From: a virus
Taxonomy: Duplodnaviria > Heunggongvirae > Uroviricota > Caudoviricetes
IMG/VR virus record: IMGVR_UViG_3300027710_000009
DNA: 64,000 bases
Strand: one strand, 5' to 3'
Program-made: the position numbers and the translations under genes
In this document: positions 28,499 through 38,159 of the stretch, piece after piece
Layout of the letters: each line of letters opens with the position of its first letter
Numbering within the stretch: position 1 is the first letter of the stretch
Notes under the pieces: model-generated
The model's database searches: none
What the model was told of the DNA's origin: nothing
Seen by the model: the letters and a program-made list of their open reading frames with translations, nothing else

Positions 28499-28939
28499 TT
28501 ATGTATTTAACCCAGATGGCGGAATCTTAAAATATATGTTTTTGATTGCACCAGACGTGTAAAATAATGGAAGCATAAAACGTGCTGTTTCTGTTAGATA
28601 TGTAATAACCGGAATTTCATCAAAATCATCATGCAACAATCCCACAGGGTCTGTTGCAGATTCATACGCACCTGCATGATCCACAGTGAACGCAAAACTC
28701 CATACCTTGTGAACGCCCTTGTACATTTCGCCAAATTCATAATTATCTAGCGAAACTTCGTCCATTCTACATACTATGTCCACGGGTATGTTGCGAATAC
28801 CAATACATTGCAGTATGGTTTCCCAGTTGCGTTGTTGATTACGTTCTAGTTCTTTGTTGCCTGTGTCACGTATCACTCCTGTGGGGGTGACGTCAACCAA
28901 GGTGTATCCAATAAACGTTTTATCTTGCATGATATTCAT
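28499..28939 (-). CDS. Hypothetical protein
   Basis: TLVDVT.TG...RNQQRNWET; TAAATA at 28945-28950. Confidence 0.75.
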   Translation of the reverse strand: MNIMQDKTFIGYTLVDVTPTGVIRDTGNKELERNQQRNWETILQCIGIRNIPVDIVCRMDEVSLDNYEFGEMYKGVHKVWSFAFTVDHAGAYESATDPVGLLHDDFDEIPVITYLTETARFMLPLFYTSGAIKNIYFKIPPSGLNT

Positions 28940-28955
28940 ACAGATATTTAGTCAC

Positions 28956-28979
28956 AAAAAAAGCACCTTGCGGTGCTTT
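28956..28979 (-). terminator. Rho-independent terminator
   Basis: AAAGCACC-GCAA-GGTGCTTT followed by T-run. Confidence 0.85.
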
Positions 28980-28999
28980 CTCTGTCACGGTGAATGTGA

Positions 29000-29443
29000 T
29001 TATGCAATGCTGTGTGAAGAACCAGTAGCAACTGTACCACGGACCAAGTTGAAACCCTTGTCGCCGTATACACGAACACCACTCAAGCTCAAGCCATTGA
29101 CTGTACCAGCGGCTGCAATAACTGTTGCTAGAGCGGCATTGCTGGTCCAAGCTGAACGCTCGACTAGAATTGATACTTGGCTACCCAAAGCGCCAGCATC
29201 TAGTGTGCTGTCAATTTGATAACCCATTACTGTTGCGTTTGCTGAGACTGAGTTGAGAATAGACTCAACTGCACCACCTGAACCCAATTGAGCTGCCAAG
29301 TTACCACCAACTTCAACACGGATAAAGCTGATTGGATTAGCAATACCTGTTACGATAACTGCCGCGTTAGCATTTGCTTTGCTAGCTGAACCCAAATTAT
29401 TGATGCCTTGTGCATCACCATTTACTCTTGTAAAAACTGCCAT
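29000..29443 (-). CDS. Probable abundant virion structural protein
   Basis: Own TAAATA promoter (29483-29488), strong SD AGGAG, own terminator, A/G/V/N-rich. Confidence 0.7.
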   Translation of the reverse strand: MAVFTRVNGDAQGINNLGSASKANANAAVIVTGIANPISFIRVEVGGNLAAQLGSGGAVESILNSVSANATVMGYQIDSTLDAGALGSQVSILVERSAWTSNAALATVIAAAGTVNGLSLSGVRVYGDKGFNLVRGTVATGSSHSIA

Positions 29444-29485
29444 TTTATTTCTCCTATTATGTAGCGACTGTGCGCTTAAAGATAT

Positions 29486-30040
29486 TTATGATCTTGGCAA
29501 GAAATCTATTAAATCAAGCCTTACAGCATGTCTTGCTAGTTCTCTGCGTATATTATGCATGGCAAATGTACGATCGTTTTCGTTGTGTAGTTTCCAGTCC
29601 AGCACCACTCTACGCACCTGCGCCAGCGTGGCATCATGTATGTTCATCATGGTTTCAATGTTCATGAATGTTTGTCTATCACGTCCATGATACCAAGTGC
29701 CTTGCCATACACCACGCAAATAGCTTTTTATCTGTAGCACAGGCGCACTGATGTCAAAGTTGGTTTCTATTCTGTCTTCCCAGTCACGCTGGTTGCTTAG
29801 TACAGCAATCAAGTTTGCTAGATCTGTTGCAGTGCCGCGCATGTGATCAAAATCACCCCATTGAATTGTTAGAGCCGCATAGTGTTTGGCCGCTGGCTCA
29901 TCAAACTGTCGGATTGCTTCTATACTCAGCAAGCTCAGGTATATTATTCGTGCCAGCTCTTCTGCTGTTTTGCCTTGAATGCCCACAGGTGCTCGAAACA
30001 TCCTGGCTTCAAAGATTTCACGTTTTATAAAATCAAACAT
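29486..30040 (-). CDS. Hypothetical (putative head-associated) protein
   Basis: MFDFIKREIFEARMFR start. Confidence 0.75.
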   Translation of the reverse strand: MFDFIKREIFEARMFRAPVGIQGKTAEELARIIYLSLLSIEAIRQFDEPAAKHYAALTIQWGDFDHMRGTATDLANLIAVLSNQRDWEDRIETNFDISAPVLQIKSYLRGVWQGTWYHGRDRQTFMNIETMMNIHDATLAQVRRVVLDWKLHNENDRTFAMHNIRRELARHAVRLDLIDFLPRS

Positions 30041-31191
30041 TATCCGTTTTTAGCAAAGTTGGCTTTGCTAAATCCCAATCTGTCAATCAACTTGAACTTG
30101 TCTGCGCCGCCGCCTACCACATAGCCCTCGTGCCCAGGATCGTTGCCTGTGAATGCTTGCACACCGCTTGCGGCCTGCTGTGCGTCAATTTGTTTCTTGA
30201 TGTCTAGTTTGAAGTTGTACAATGCTACCCAAATGGCAAACATGCCTGCTAAGCCTGCACGACCTTCTTTGTACAGCCAGCCCTGTCCACCGCCCAGTAG
30301 CTTTTGATTGGCGCCCGGCGATAGGTTGCTGTTTAGATATGTGTAAAATCCTTCCAACATTTGATCAAAGTTGCCTGCTGTGATCTTGCTGGTAATGTAC
30401 TTGCTGGCCAAGCCAATGATGCCCTTGGCTTTTAACACAGTGAGTTCATTCATGAATGAATCTACAGCTTGTTCGTAGCTGGCAATAACTTTGTTTACAG
30501 AGTCGGTGGATGCTTTTTCAATGTTGACTTTGGGCACTGGCATTTCACCGCTTACAAACCATATGGGGTTTCCATCAGCAGGCAATCCGCCTAGGCCTTT
30601 GAGTGGTTGATCTGGCTCGCCTATGCCTGGAATAAATGTGTGTACTGCAATGCCACCAATGCTACTGGAAATGTTATTCGCAATAGGATTTGGCTTGTCT
30701 CCCAGTTTGACTGGTACCTTGTAGGTCACTGTGTTGGGTTTGAATACATAGAATCCATCAACTGGTTGTAGTCGGCCTGCATACAACAGGTCACCAAAGT
30801 AAAAGCCGCGGAAGTTGCCTGGAATAATTGATTCCAGTGCAGGCCATAGCACATTGATTTTGCCATATAGGTCAGCACGGTCAGCACCACGATTGATGTC
30901 GTACTGTTGAAATGCCTCCGGACTGGTCACACGCCCTGAGCCGTCTTTTTTATCAAACATGTGTTTGTCTGTGACCATAAGCTGGCCATCAACATTGCGT
31001 CCAAATATCAGTGCTGGAAAGCCGTCCCACTTGATTGTGGTAAGTTCTTTTCCGCTTGTCATTTTAGACAAGTTGGCCACTGCTGTTCGTGCGCCTGCAA
31101 TGCCATCTGTCCAGATTGAATCTTCAGGATGTACAATACCTTCTTTGAGTACAGTAGTGGGTTTGCGTTCAAATAGTTCTGTTATCTTCAT
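30040..31191 (-). CDS. ATP-dependent ligase/nucleotidyltransferase-like protein
   Basis: Motif I-like KWDG, GDLLY, motif IV-like EGYVV, motif V-like KLIDR. Confidence 0.6.
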   Translation of the reverse strand: MKITELFERKPTTVLKEGIVHPEDSIWTDGIAGARTAVANLSKMTSGKELTTIKWDGFPALIFGRNVDGQLMVTDKHMFDKKDGSGRVTSPEAFQQYDINRGADRADLYGKINVLWPALESIIPGNFRGFYFGDLLYAGRLQPVDGFYVFKPNTVTYKVPVKLGDKPNPIANNISSSIGGIAVHTFIPGIGEPDQPLKGLGGLPADGNPIWFVSGEMPVPKVNIEKASTDSVNKVIASYEQAVDSFMNELTVLKAKGIIGLASKYITSKITAGNFDQMLEGFYTYLNSNLSPGANQKLLGGGQGWLYKEGRAGLAGMFAIWVALYNFKLDIKKQIDAQQAASGVQAFTGNDPGHEGYVVGGGADKFKLIDRLGFSKANFAKNG

Positions 31192-32207
31192 ACAAAATAT
31201 CCTTTGACCATTTTTAGACCTTGCAGGATTTTTTTGCGATCTTCTTCTGCACGTGCAATAGCATCTGGCGTTTGTGCTTTGTCACGTTTCTTACCTTGTA
31301 TATCTATCATGGCCTTTTCTTCATATCGTTGCCAAAACTTATTTAAGAAGTCTCCAGCACTTGAAAATCCAGATAGATCAGTTTTTCCAAACATGCCATT
31401 GGCTTCTGCACTGGCCGCAAAACCTTTCATGCCTTGCACCAGTTTGTTTATTTTTACATCATTGATGTCGTTGCCAGGAAACTGTTTCAGCAGTGGAGAC
31501 ACCTGAGGCTGTTCAAGTCCTTGCTGTTGGGCCAGATACATGAATGTGTCAAGTATAAATGTTTCTGGGTCAATTGACACAGTCATTACCTGTGTGTCTT
31601 TTTGCTTGCTGAATGGTACACGTTGTCCGTCAATGACTTTTAATTGTACGCCAGCATGCTGTATGCTCATGTCCAGCAGTTCACCAAACACACTGTACAT
31701 GTTGCCTGTTAGCAGGCCTTTGACGCCATGCTCAGGTGTGACTCTAGTGGCACCCCAGTTGCGTAGTTTCTCTTCGTGCCACATGAAGTCAACTTGTACA
31801 TAAGAGTCTGCGCCTATCTTCATGATAGGATGCCCTGGCTTGCTTTCAACAGGATGCACATAGCTGGGACGTTGTGTTTTTACAAACTCGTCTGCAAGTT
31901 TGTTCCAGTGACTGGTAAACTGTCCGTATGTCATGCCTTCCACAGGAGGCGCAATCATCTGCAGGTCAATATCTCCGTAGACTTTATCAGGATTTTCTTT
32001 GGTGTCTTTTTCATGGTAAGCACTGGAACCAGTAGGACGACCCATTTCAACAGGGCCTTGATCTTTGCTTGACAAGAACTGGTTAAAATCTTGAACAAAC
32101 TGTTGTACGGTATCAAGAGTTACTTGGACCACACGTGGATTGATCACAGTGCCTTGTGTGACTGTGGTATCCCAGCCACCTTCAATCAAGAACTCGTAGC
32201 TTTTCAT
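31188..32207 (-). CDS. Pol-beta superfamily nucleotidyltransferase
   Basis: TGSS...YGDIDLQM...VQVDFM. Confidence 0.7.
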   Translation of the reverse strand: MKSYEFLIEGGWDTTVTQGTVINPRVVQVTLDTVQQFVQDFNQFLSSKDQGPVEMGRPTGSSAYHEKDTKENPDKVYGDIDLQMIAPPVEGMTYGQFTSHWNKLADEFVKTQRPSYVHPVESKPGHPIMKIGADSYVQVDFMWHEEKLRNWGATRVTPEHGVKGLLTGNMYSVFGELLDMSIQHAGVQLKVIDGQRVPFSKQKDTQVMTVSIDPETFILDTFMYLAQQQGLEQPQVSPLLKQFPGNDINDVKINKLVQGMKGFAASAEANGMFGKTDLSGFSSAGDFLNKFWQRYEEKAMIDIQGKKRDKAQTPDAIARAEEDRKKILQGLKMVKGYFV

Positions 32208-32978
32208 TTATCTCACCAGTACTGATTGCATCTGGCGAAACCAGGTGGGAGATCCTTCTTCAAGTTTCTTGGGCAATGTGATCAAACCTTTTGCTTCATC
32301 GCCACGAGCTTGTGCTAGTTTTTGTTCGCGTTCGGGATCGTTGGCCAATGCTTGAAGGATATTTTTCACACTGTTGAGATCATCACCAGTGGCTTTGGGA
32401 TTTAACAAAATCTTGGCCACGCTGTCACGATCACGTGCTACCACTGTGTTGTCATCACGGCGCAATAGTTTGCCACCAAATGCATCAAACTTGAGTCCTA
32501 GTGCTTTGCCAATTGAATTCATTACTATAAAGATTGGCTGTCCTGCAAACTCAGGATCCTTGTAGCTGCCACGTGGACCGTGTTGGTGATACGGAGCCAC
32601 AATGCTGGCATCATGTATGACCATGACGTCGACTTGTGCCACTGCACCTTTGTAGGGAATGCCAATGCTGACATTGTTGCCGTTGGTTTTGGCTTCAATG
32701 CCTTTGCCGCGGAAATAAGCTTCTAGTGCTTTTTTGGCAGCTAGTACAGGATTTTTTTCATCCTGTGTGCGAAACAGTGCCACAACATCTTCTGCTTCGA
32801 CCATGACGTCAATGTCACCAGACTCAACCTTGTAGCCAGCTGAGCCAATGTCTGTTTGCAGTCTGCGTAGCAGTGCTTCAGGCATGATCTTTCGTGCTGT
32901 GGCCACAATGGTTGCAACATCGTTTTTTGCAACAGGTATGCTGGATGGGATAGCGTTACCGCCTTCGTTCAAACGCAT
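32208..32978 (-). CDS. Pol-beta superfamily nucleotidyltransferase
   Basis: IGSAG...SGDIDVMV...AQVDVM. Confidence 0.7.
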   Translation of the reverse strand: MRLNEGGNAIPSSIPVAKNDVATIVATARKIMPEALLRRLQTDIGSAGYKVESGDIDVMVEAEDVVALFRTQDEKNPVLAAKKALEAYFRGKGIEAKTNGNNVSIGIPYKGAVAQVDVMVIHDASIVAPYHQHGPRGSYKDPEFAGQPIFIVMNSIGKALGLKFDAFGGKLLRRDDNTVVARDRDSVAKILLNPKATGDDLNSVKNILQALANDPEREQKLAQARGDEAKGLITLPKKLEEGSPTWFRQMQSVLVR

Positions 32979-32981
32979 TGT

Positions 32982-35900
32982 TTACTCCATTGCCAATACA
33001 AACTTTTCAAATTCACGTGCAATCTTGGCATCAGCTGATTCTTTGATGTATTTGCCGCCAAACACTTTGCGTGACTCGGCTACTCTAGATACCGGAGGAG
33101 CTTCGCCTCCGCCACCCGGAATAACTCTTGATGGTCCTAGTTCAGCAGGTGGTGCCGCTGTATCAGTGGCCGGTGCTGGTGCACCTGGCTTTTTCTTTTT
33201 CTTTGTACGTGTGATTATGTCTTGCGCTTTTTCACGTTGCTTGCCAGTGCTTGTTCCACGGAACTGTGCCATTTTTTCTCTGTAGGCAGTAGGAGCACTA
33301 CGTTGCAACACACTCAATGCTGTGTCAACAATAGTAATCAAGTCATCTGCATAAGCAGGGCCAGTCATGCGAGCCAGTTGTGGTAAAATGGTTGTGGTTG
33401 CGCTGGTAATCTGTCCATCGCCAGACGAGCCACCCGGTGCAGTTCCACCCACAGCGCCTGGTGCAGTTCCACCAGTCACGCCTGGTGCTGTGCCTCCAGC
33501 GGCACCTCCAGCGGCTCCGCCACCACCGGCAGCTGATGGGTCAGCAACTGGAGCATTCACTGGGCCAAGACCTTGACGCTTGCGAATTGCATCCAGTCTT
33601 ACTTTTTGTGCCGGTGTCAGTGCAGGACCGCCACTCATAGCGGCATTGGCTGCATCAATAATGTCATCGTCTGAAAACTCAGTTTTGGCTGGGGTAAGAT
33701 TTTGTGGAGCAGGTAATCCCATGGTGCTGAACAAGCTCATGATGTATTCTTGCGGAACACCATTACGTGCTAGGATTTGTCCAACGCTGTCAACATCTGT
33801 TGGACTGCCTGCGTCTTTCCACATACGCATGAGACGTTCTTTGTTGACCTTGGTTGTTCCTCGATTCCACCCTCTTGCAATTTGGGCACCAGCTGTGGAC
33901 AAACCTTTTTCAACCTTGTCCATGAACTTGTTGCCCACTTGTCCAGTATAGTTGGTCTGTGGCGGTGTGGCAGGTGCAGTGTCAGCTGTTGGAGCGGCAT
34001 CAGCTGGTTCGTCACCTGTTGGTGTAAACATTCGAGACAGATCCTGCCGTGCTTGTACCGATCCAGCTGGCTTGTTGGCCATGCTGTCACCAGGTTGTTG
34101 CATGCGATAGTCATTGCTGGTTGGGTTGGCTGTGGCCACTGCGGCGGCAGCTCTTGGGCTTGTTTGTGCAAACTGTTGTGCTGTTTGCCCAGTTCTACCA
34201 GCTTGCTGACCCATTGCAGTAGAAGTTTCACGACCGTAGTTGTTTCTGCGAGCTTCTGTAAAATCTCTTTCCCAGAGCTTTTCAATGTTGTCAAACAAAG
34301 TGTTGAGACCACGTTCACTTAGATACAGTGGACGACCTGAGCGGCCAAGACTTTCGTTTAGTGCCCACTTGTGTAGTGTTGTAGCTCTGTCAAACATCTC
34401 ACTCTTGGCAAGATAGCCCACAGTAATACCTTCAAGCACGCCGCGACCTTTTGTGACTTTGATTTTGCTAAATCCTTCAAATTCTTTGGTTTGCTTTTCT
34501 CTTTTGGCTTCGCCAGCTTTGTTTGTCTTGTCAATTAATGCCTTGGGAGTAATGTAACCATAGCTAACGTCAGACAGTTTTCCGGTAGTTGGATTTGATC
34601 TTGGAGGCATTATTGAAATAATCACATCCTGTACAACCCATTCCATTGAGGCTACTTCGCCTTTATTTGGACCAGCTACGTACCTCTCTTCTTTAGAAGG
34701 TTTTCCGTATTTTTTAGAAACAATACTTTCAAAGTCCATAACATTGCCGGGACCGGGGTATGTATTGATATTTACTAATCTTCCTTGCTCAAATTTTGCA
34801 AGCATTTTTATATCAGCAACATTAAACACATAACCAAAATCTCCAAATTTTTCAGTGCTTATTTTTTTGAAATCCTCTTCAGACATTCCAAATCTAATAG
34901 TTCCATTTTTCAAAGAAAATTTAGATAACTCACCTGGTGTATTTGGTTCAGCTGCCATGGGTTCAGCTGCCATGGGTTCAACAGCCTTTGGCTTAACCTG
35001 CGCAATGCTTCTGCCAATTGCACTACCACTGCTGGAATTATCTGCGCTAATTGGAGTAACTTTTTTAGTGTCTGTGTCTACCACAAACTTTTTAACCGCA
35101 TCAACTGGAATAGCTTTTTCGCTACTGACGGCTTTTATTTTGCCGGCACTGTCAACATAGGTGTATACCTTGTCTGCATAAGCGCCTGTGCTTGTTGCAA
35201 ATGCTAGTGCTGCCGCCGCTAGTTTGCTGGCCATGCCTTCATCTAGCTGGTCTTCATTCATGGCGGCTCTGGTGGCATCGGTGGCAATTCTGTTAGCAGC
35301 CATGCCTTGATCTGGTCCCAGCTGTCCAGCTTTCATCTTGTTATAGATATTCTGTGCTGTCATGGCATTGTCGCCTTGATATGCACCTTTATAGGCAGCG
35401 GCATCTATGTTTTTAGGCAACACAATTTTATCACCTGGATTCAAAATATTAGGATTGCCTTGAGGGCCAAATTTGTCTGGATTGAGTTTTGCTAGTTCGT
35501 CTGGGTTTACCTTGTACTTGTCAGCAAAGCCTGTCATGGTGTCGCCTTTTTTGGCAACTATAGTTTGTGTTTCGCCACCTGTCACTGCTGGTTTAGGTGG
35601 GGTTGTACCTCCGCCACCGCCTGGGTTAGTTTCGCCACCTGTCACTGCTGGCTTGGGTGGGGTTGTTGTGCCTCCGCCACCGCCTGTTGTGGCATCTGCC
35701 GCGCTGGCATCGGGAATTAGCCCCTTGGTAGTGTCTGCAAAATTCTGCGCACCTTGTGATATGGCACTGCCAAGTTTGTTGGCACCTGCTTGTGCCGCTT
35801 GACCTAGATTGCTTATGCCTTGACCAATTTTGTTTACCACAGGAGTTGCCGCATCAATAGCCGCACCAGCCGCAGTTTTTGCACCCACCATTGCTGCCGC

Positions 35901-36467
35901 CGCGCCACCTTGCATGGTACCAGCACCAACAGATCCTGACAATGATTTGTTCTTTAACAGGTCATCAGCTGTTTTTGTAGCACCCAACAAGATTGGTCCT
36001 GTAACGCCAGCAGAAGCATATCCAGTTAGCACTGTGAGCAAACCGTACATGAATTTGCCTGATACAGGGTACTTCTCCCAGAACTGTCTGTAGTGATCAA
36101 GTTTTTGTAGTACTTGTGCGCCACCTTCACTTTTGCCCATTTTTGCCGCAATCTTGGCCTTGGCATCGTCAAAGTGTTGATCCATGTTGCGAACTAGTGT
36201 GGTGTCTTGTAGCAGTCTACCAAGGCCCTTGACTTTGTCCACCACAGCACCTACGCCAGCACCCACTTTGCCCAAAAAGGTTTTGTTGTTACCGGTACTG
36301 GTCATGGTTTCTTCTGCGGCTGCAAACAGTTGTTCAATCTGTGCTGGTGTTAGTGCTTCAGCTTCTAATAGCAGATTAAACTGTTGGCCAATCATGTATG
36401 CTTCGTGATACAACGGGCTTGAAGCCAGGTCGTGATATGGTGTTTCTGTTAAATGCGTGGCTTTCAC
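32982..36467 (-). CDS. Large modular LysM-containing protein (putative head/ejection polyprotein)
   Basis: LysM: IVAKKGDTMTGFADKYKV...LAKLNP...PNILNPGDKIVLP; TM segments; low-complexity linkers; multiple (L/F/I)xE sites. Confidence 0.75.
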   Translation of the reverse strand: MKATHLTETPYHDLASSPLYHEAYMIGQQFNLLLEAEALTPAQIEQLFAAAEETMTSTGNNKTFLGKVGAGVGAVVDKVKGLGRLLQDTTLVRNMDQHFDDAKAKIAAKMGKSEGGAQVLQKLDHYRQFWEKYPVSGKFMYGLLTVLTGYASAGVTGPILLGATKTADDLLKNKSLSGSVGAGTMQGGAAAAMVGAKTAAGAAIDAATPVVNKIGQGISNLGQAAQAGANKLGSAISQGAQNFADTTKGLIPDASAADATTGGGGGTTTPPKPAVTGGETNPGGGGGTTPPKPAVTGGETQTIVAKKGDTMTGFADKYKVNPDELAKLNPDKFGPQGNPNILNPGDKIVLPKNIDAAAYKGAYQGDNAMTAQNIYNKMKAGQLGPDQGMAANRIATDATRAAMNEDQLDEGMASKLAAAALAFATSTGAYADKVYTYVDSAGKIKAVSSEKAIPVDAVKKFVVDTDTKKVTPISADNSSSGSAIGRSIAQVKPKAVEPMAAEPMAAEPNTPGELSKFSLKNGTIRFGMSEEDFKKISTEKFGDFGYVFNVADIKMLAKFEQGRLVNINTYPGPGNVMDFESIVSKKYGKPSKEERYVAGPNKGEVASMEWVVQDVIISIMPPRSNPTTGKLSDVSYGYITPKALIDKTNKAGEAKREKQTKEFEGFSKIKVTKGRGVLEGITVGYLAKSEMFDRATTLHKWALNESLGRSGRPLYLSERGLNTLFDNIEKLWERDFTEARRNNYGRETSTAMGQQAGRTGQTAQQFAQTSPRAAAAVATANPTSNDYRMQQPGDSMANKPAGSVQARQDLSRMFTPTGDEPADAAPTADTAPATPPQTNYTGQVGNKFMDKVEKGLSTAGAQIARGWNRGTTKVNKERLMRMWKDAGSPTDVDSVGQILARNGVPQEYIMSLFSTMGLPAPQNLTPAKTEFSDDDIIDAANAAMSGGPALTPAQKVRLDAIRKRQGLGPVNAPVADPSAAGGGGAAGGAAGGTAPGVTGGTAPGAVGGTAPGGSSGDGQITSATTTILPQLARMTGPAYADDLITIVDTALSVLQRSAPTAYREKMAQFRGTSTGKQREKAQDIITRTKKKKKPGAPAPATDTAAPPAELGPSRVIPGGGGEAPPVSRVAESRKVFGGKYIKESADAKIAREFEKFVLAME
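34945..34980. repeat. 15-bp tandem repeat (EPMAA)
   Basis: GGTTCAGCTGCCATG twice plus a partial copy. Confidence 0.8.
35570..35687. repeat. Two ~60-bp tandem copies encoding GGGG.TTPPKPAVTGGET
   Basis: TTTCGCCACCTGTCACTGCTGG...CCTCCGCCACCGCCTG twice. Confidence 0.85.
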
Positions 36468-36706
36468 TTGCGTATTCTCCTAATTCCTCTGATGAATTTA
36501 TTTGGATCCTGCGCACGAATGCTGTTTAACAGTCGTCGTTCAAGCTCTGACGCCATGTCTGGGTCGTAGCTTTCCCTTATGGTATTGATTAGATTAATTG
36601 CGCCCTGGATGACATGGTCAGCGCGGCTTTCTAGCACATTTTCTTTGTCTTTTTCAATGAAATGGCTATCAAGTTCTTCCAGGAGGCTACGTGTTTTTTT
36701 AAGCAA
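36464..36706 (-). CDS. Small hypothetical protein
   Basis: TTG start with GGAG SD; TAAATA at 36728-36733. Confidence 0.75.
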   Translation of the reverse strand: MLKKTRSLLEELDSHFIEKDKENVLESRADHVIQGAINLINTIRESYDPDMASELERRLLNSIRAQDPNKFIRGIRRIRK

Positions 36707-36761
36707 AATCAGGCTCCAATTCTGTATTATTTATCGAAACCTGCGGTAGGTCGTACTCAAG

Positions 36762-38159
36762 TTACCCTTGTCCAGTTTTGATAGCAGCCAGCATGCTTTT
36801 GAGCTTGTTGTTGCCTACTTCAGCGTGTATGGGTGCTGTGTCTTTTATTTCACCAGTGCTGACATCCACTGTGCTACGTGCTTTGATTTGATTCATGATG
36901 CTGGTTGCTTGTGGTTGGTAGCCACTGGCTTCTTCACCTTCATCTGTGATACGCATGGTTTCGATGTTGTAGGTTAGATCCACTTTCATGCCCACGCCTG
37001 TTGAGCTTCGACTTTTCATACACTGTATTTGATAGCGTCCACGTTCACGCATGGCTCTGCTAGTAAAGATACCAAACACATTATCTGCTGTGTTAATTTT
37101 ACTAATACCACCTGAAATATGACTGTGGTCAAATTCAATTTCATCCACAGCACCACGATTAAGCTGTGACGCTGTTACCATTAGTATGCCCAGCTCTTTG
37201 GCCAAGTTACGCAGTTCTTCACTCACATACTTGTCCTTCACAAACAAGTCGTTAGGACTGACCTTGGCACTCACTGGCATCAGCAGATCCAAGTAGTCAA
37301 TCATGATAAAGTCTACCCGGCGATTTGTCTGTATTTGATACTCTTTCAAAAATGCACGAATGTCATTGATATTGCTTTGCGCTGGCAAACCCTTGACCTG
37401 ATATGTGCCTGACTTCTTGCCCACCATCTTGACTTTGAGTGTTGTGGTATCAATGTCCTTGCGAATATCTTTTGTGCTCATGCTACTTAACATTGCATCA
37501 GTACGCAAGCTGGTTAGTTCTTCACTCAGTTCTAGTGTGACATACACACCATGCAATCCTGTTTGAATCCAGTTAAGAGCAATGTTCATCATCACAAGAG
37601 ATTTACCTGATCCTGACCCGCCTGCAAAGATGTTGAGTTCGCCGCGACTGAAGCCACCGTACAACAATTTGTCCAGCTGTGGCCATCCTGTTGACACTTG
37701 CCCGCCTGAGTTGAAATACTTGTTGATGCGTTCTGCAGGATCTGCAAAGTAGTCTGTGCCTAGGTCTTTTTGCAAACTGATCTGCACAGCATCTTTGATC
37801 AGTTTTTCTACAGGATTGAAATCACCGTTTTCAATTAGATCAGCGGCTTTGAGAATTGCACGTTCTAGTTCTTTTTGTTTGGTAAAGTTTTCAAACTCTT
37901 CCAGGAACCAGCTGGTGTGTCCTTCATTTAGATCCGGCACTGGTCTCAGTTCCACACCAGTTGTGGCACGTATTTGATCTAGGTTGGGTAGAGTCTTGTG
38001 TTTTTCGCTGTGTTCTTTGATAAACTTTGCCACTGCACGTAAACTGCGATCAAAGTTTTCTTCGTTGTAGATGTTCTGCACACGCACATAGCTACCTGCG
38101 TCATGCAACATCATTTCAAGAAATAACTTTTGTAAGTCTGGATTGTAGTCTTTTGTCAT
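36762..38159 (-). CDS. Replicative DnaB-like helicase (T4 gp41-like)
   Basis: STGW..LD..LYGG, GGSGSGKS, TLELSE, IDYLDL, TASQLNR, KSR. Confidence 0.95.
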   Translation of the reverse strand: MTKDYNPDLQKLFLEMMLHDAGSYVRVQNIYNEENFDRSLRAVAKFIKEHSEKHKTLPNLDQIRATTGVELRPVPDLNEGHTSWFLEEFENFTKQKELERAILKAADLIENGDFNPVEKLIKDAVQISLQKDLGTDYFADPAERINKYFNSGGQVSTGWPQLDKLLYGGFSRGELNIFAGGSGSGKSLVMMNIALNWIQTGLHGVYVTLELSEELTSLRTDAMLSSMSTKDIRKDIDTTTLKVKMVGKKSGTYQVKGLPAQSNINDIRAFLKEYQIQTNRRVDFIMIDYLDLLMPVSAKVSPNDLFVKDKYVSEELRNLAKELGILMVTASQLNRGAVDEIEFDHSHISGGISKINTADNVFGIFTSRAMRERGRYQIQCMKSRSSTGVGMKVDLTYNIETMRITDEGEEASGYQPQATSIMNQIKARSTVDVSTGEIKDTAPIHAEVGNNKLKSMLAAIKTGQG

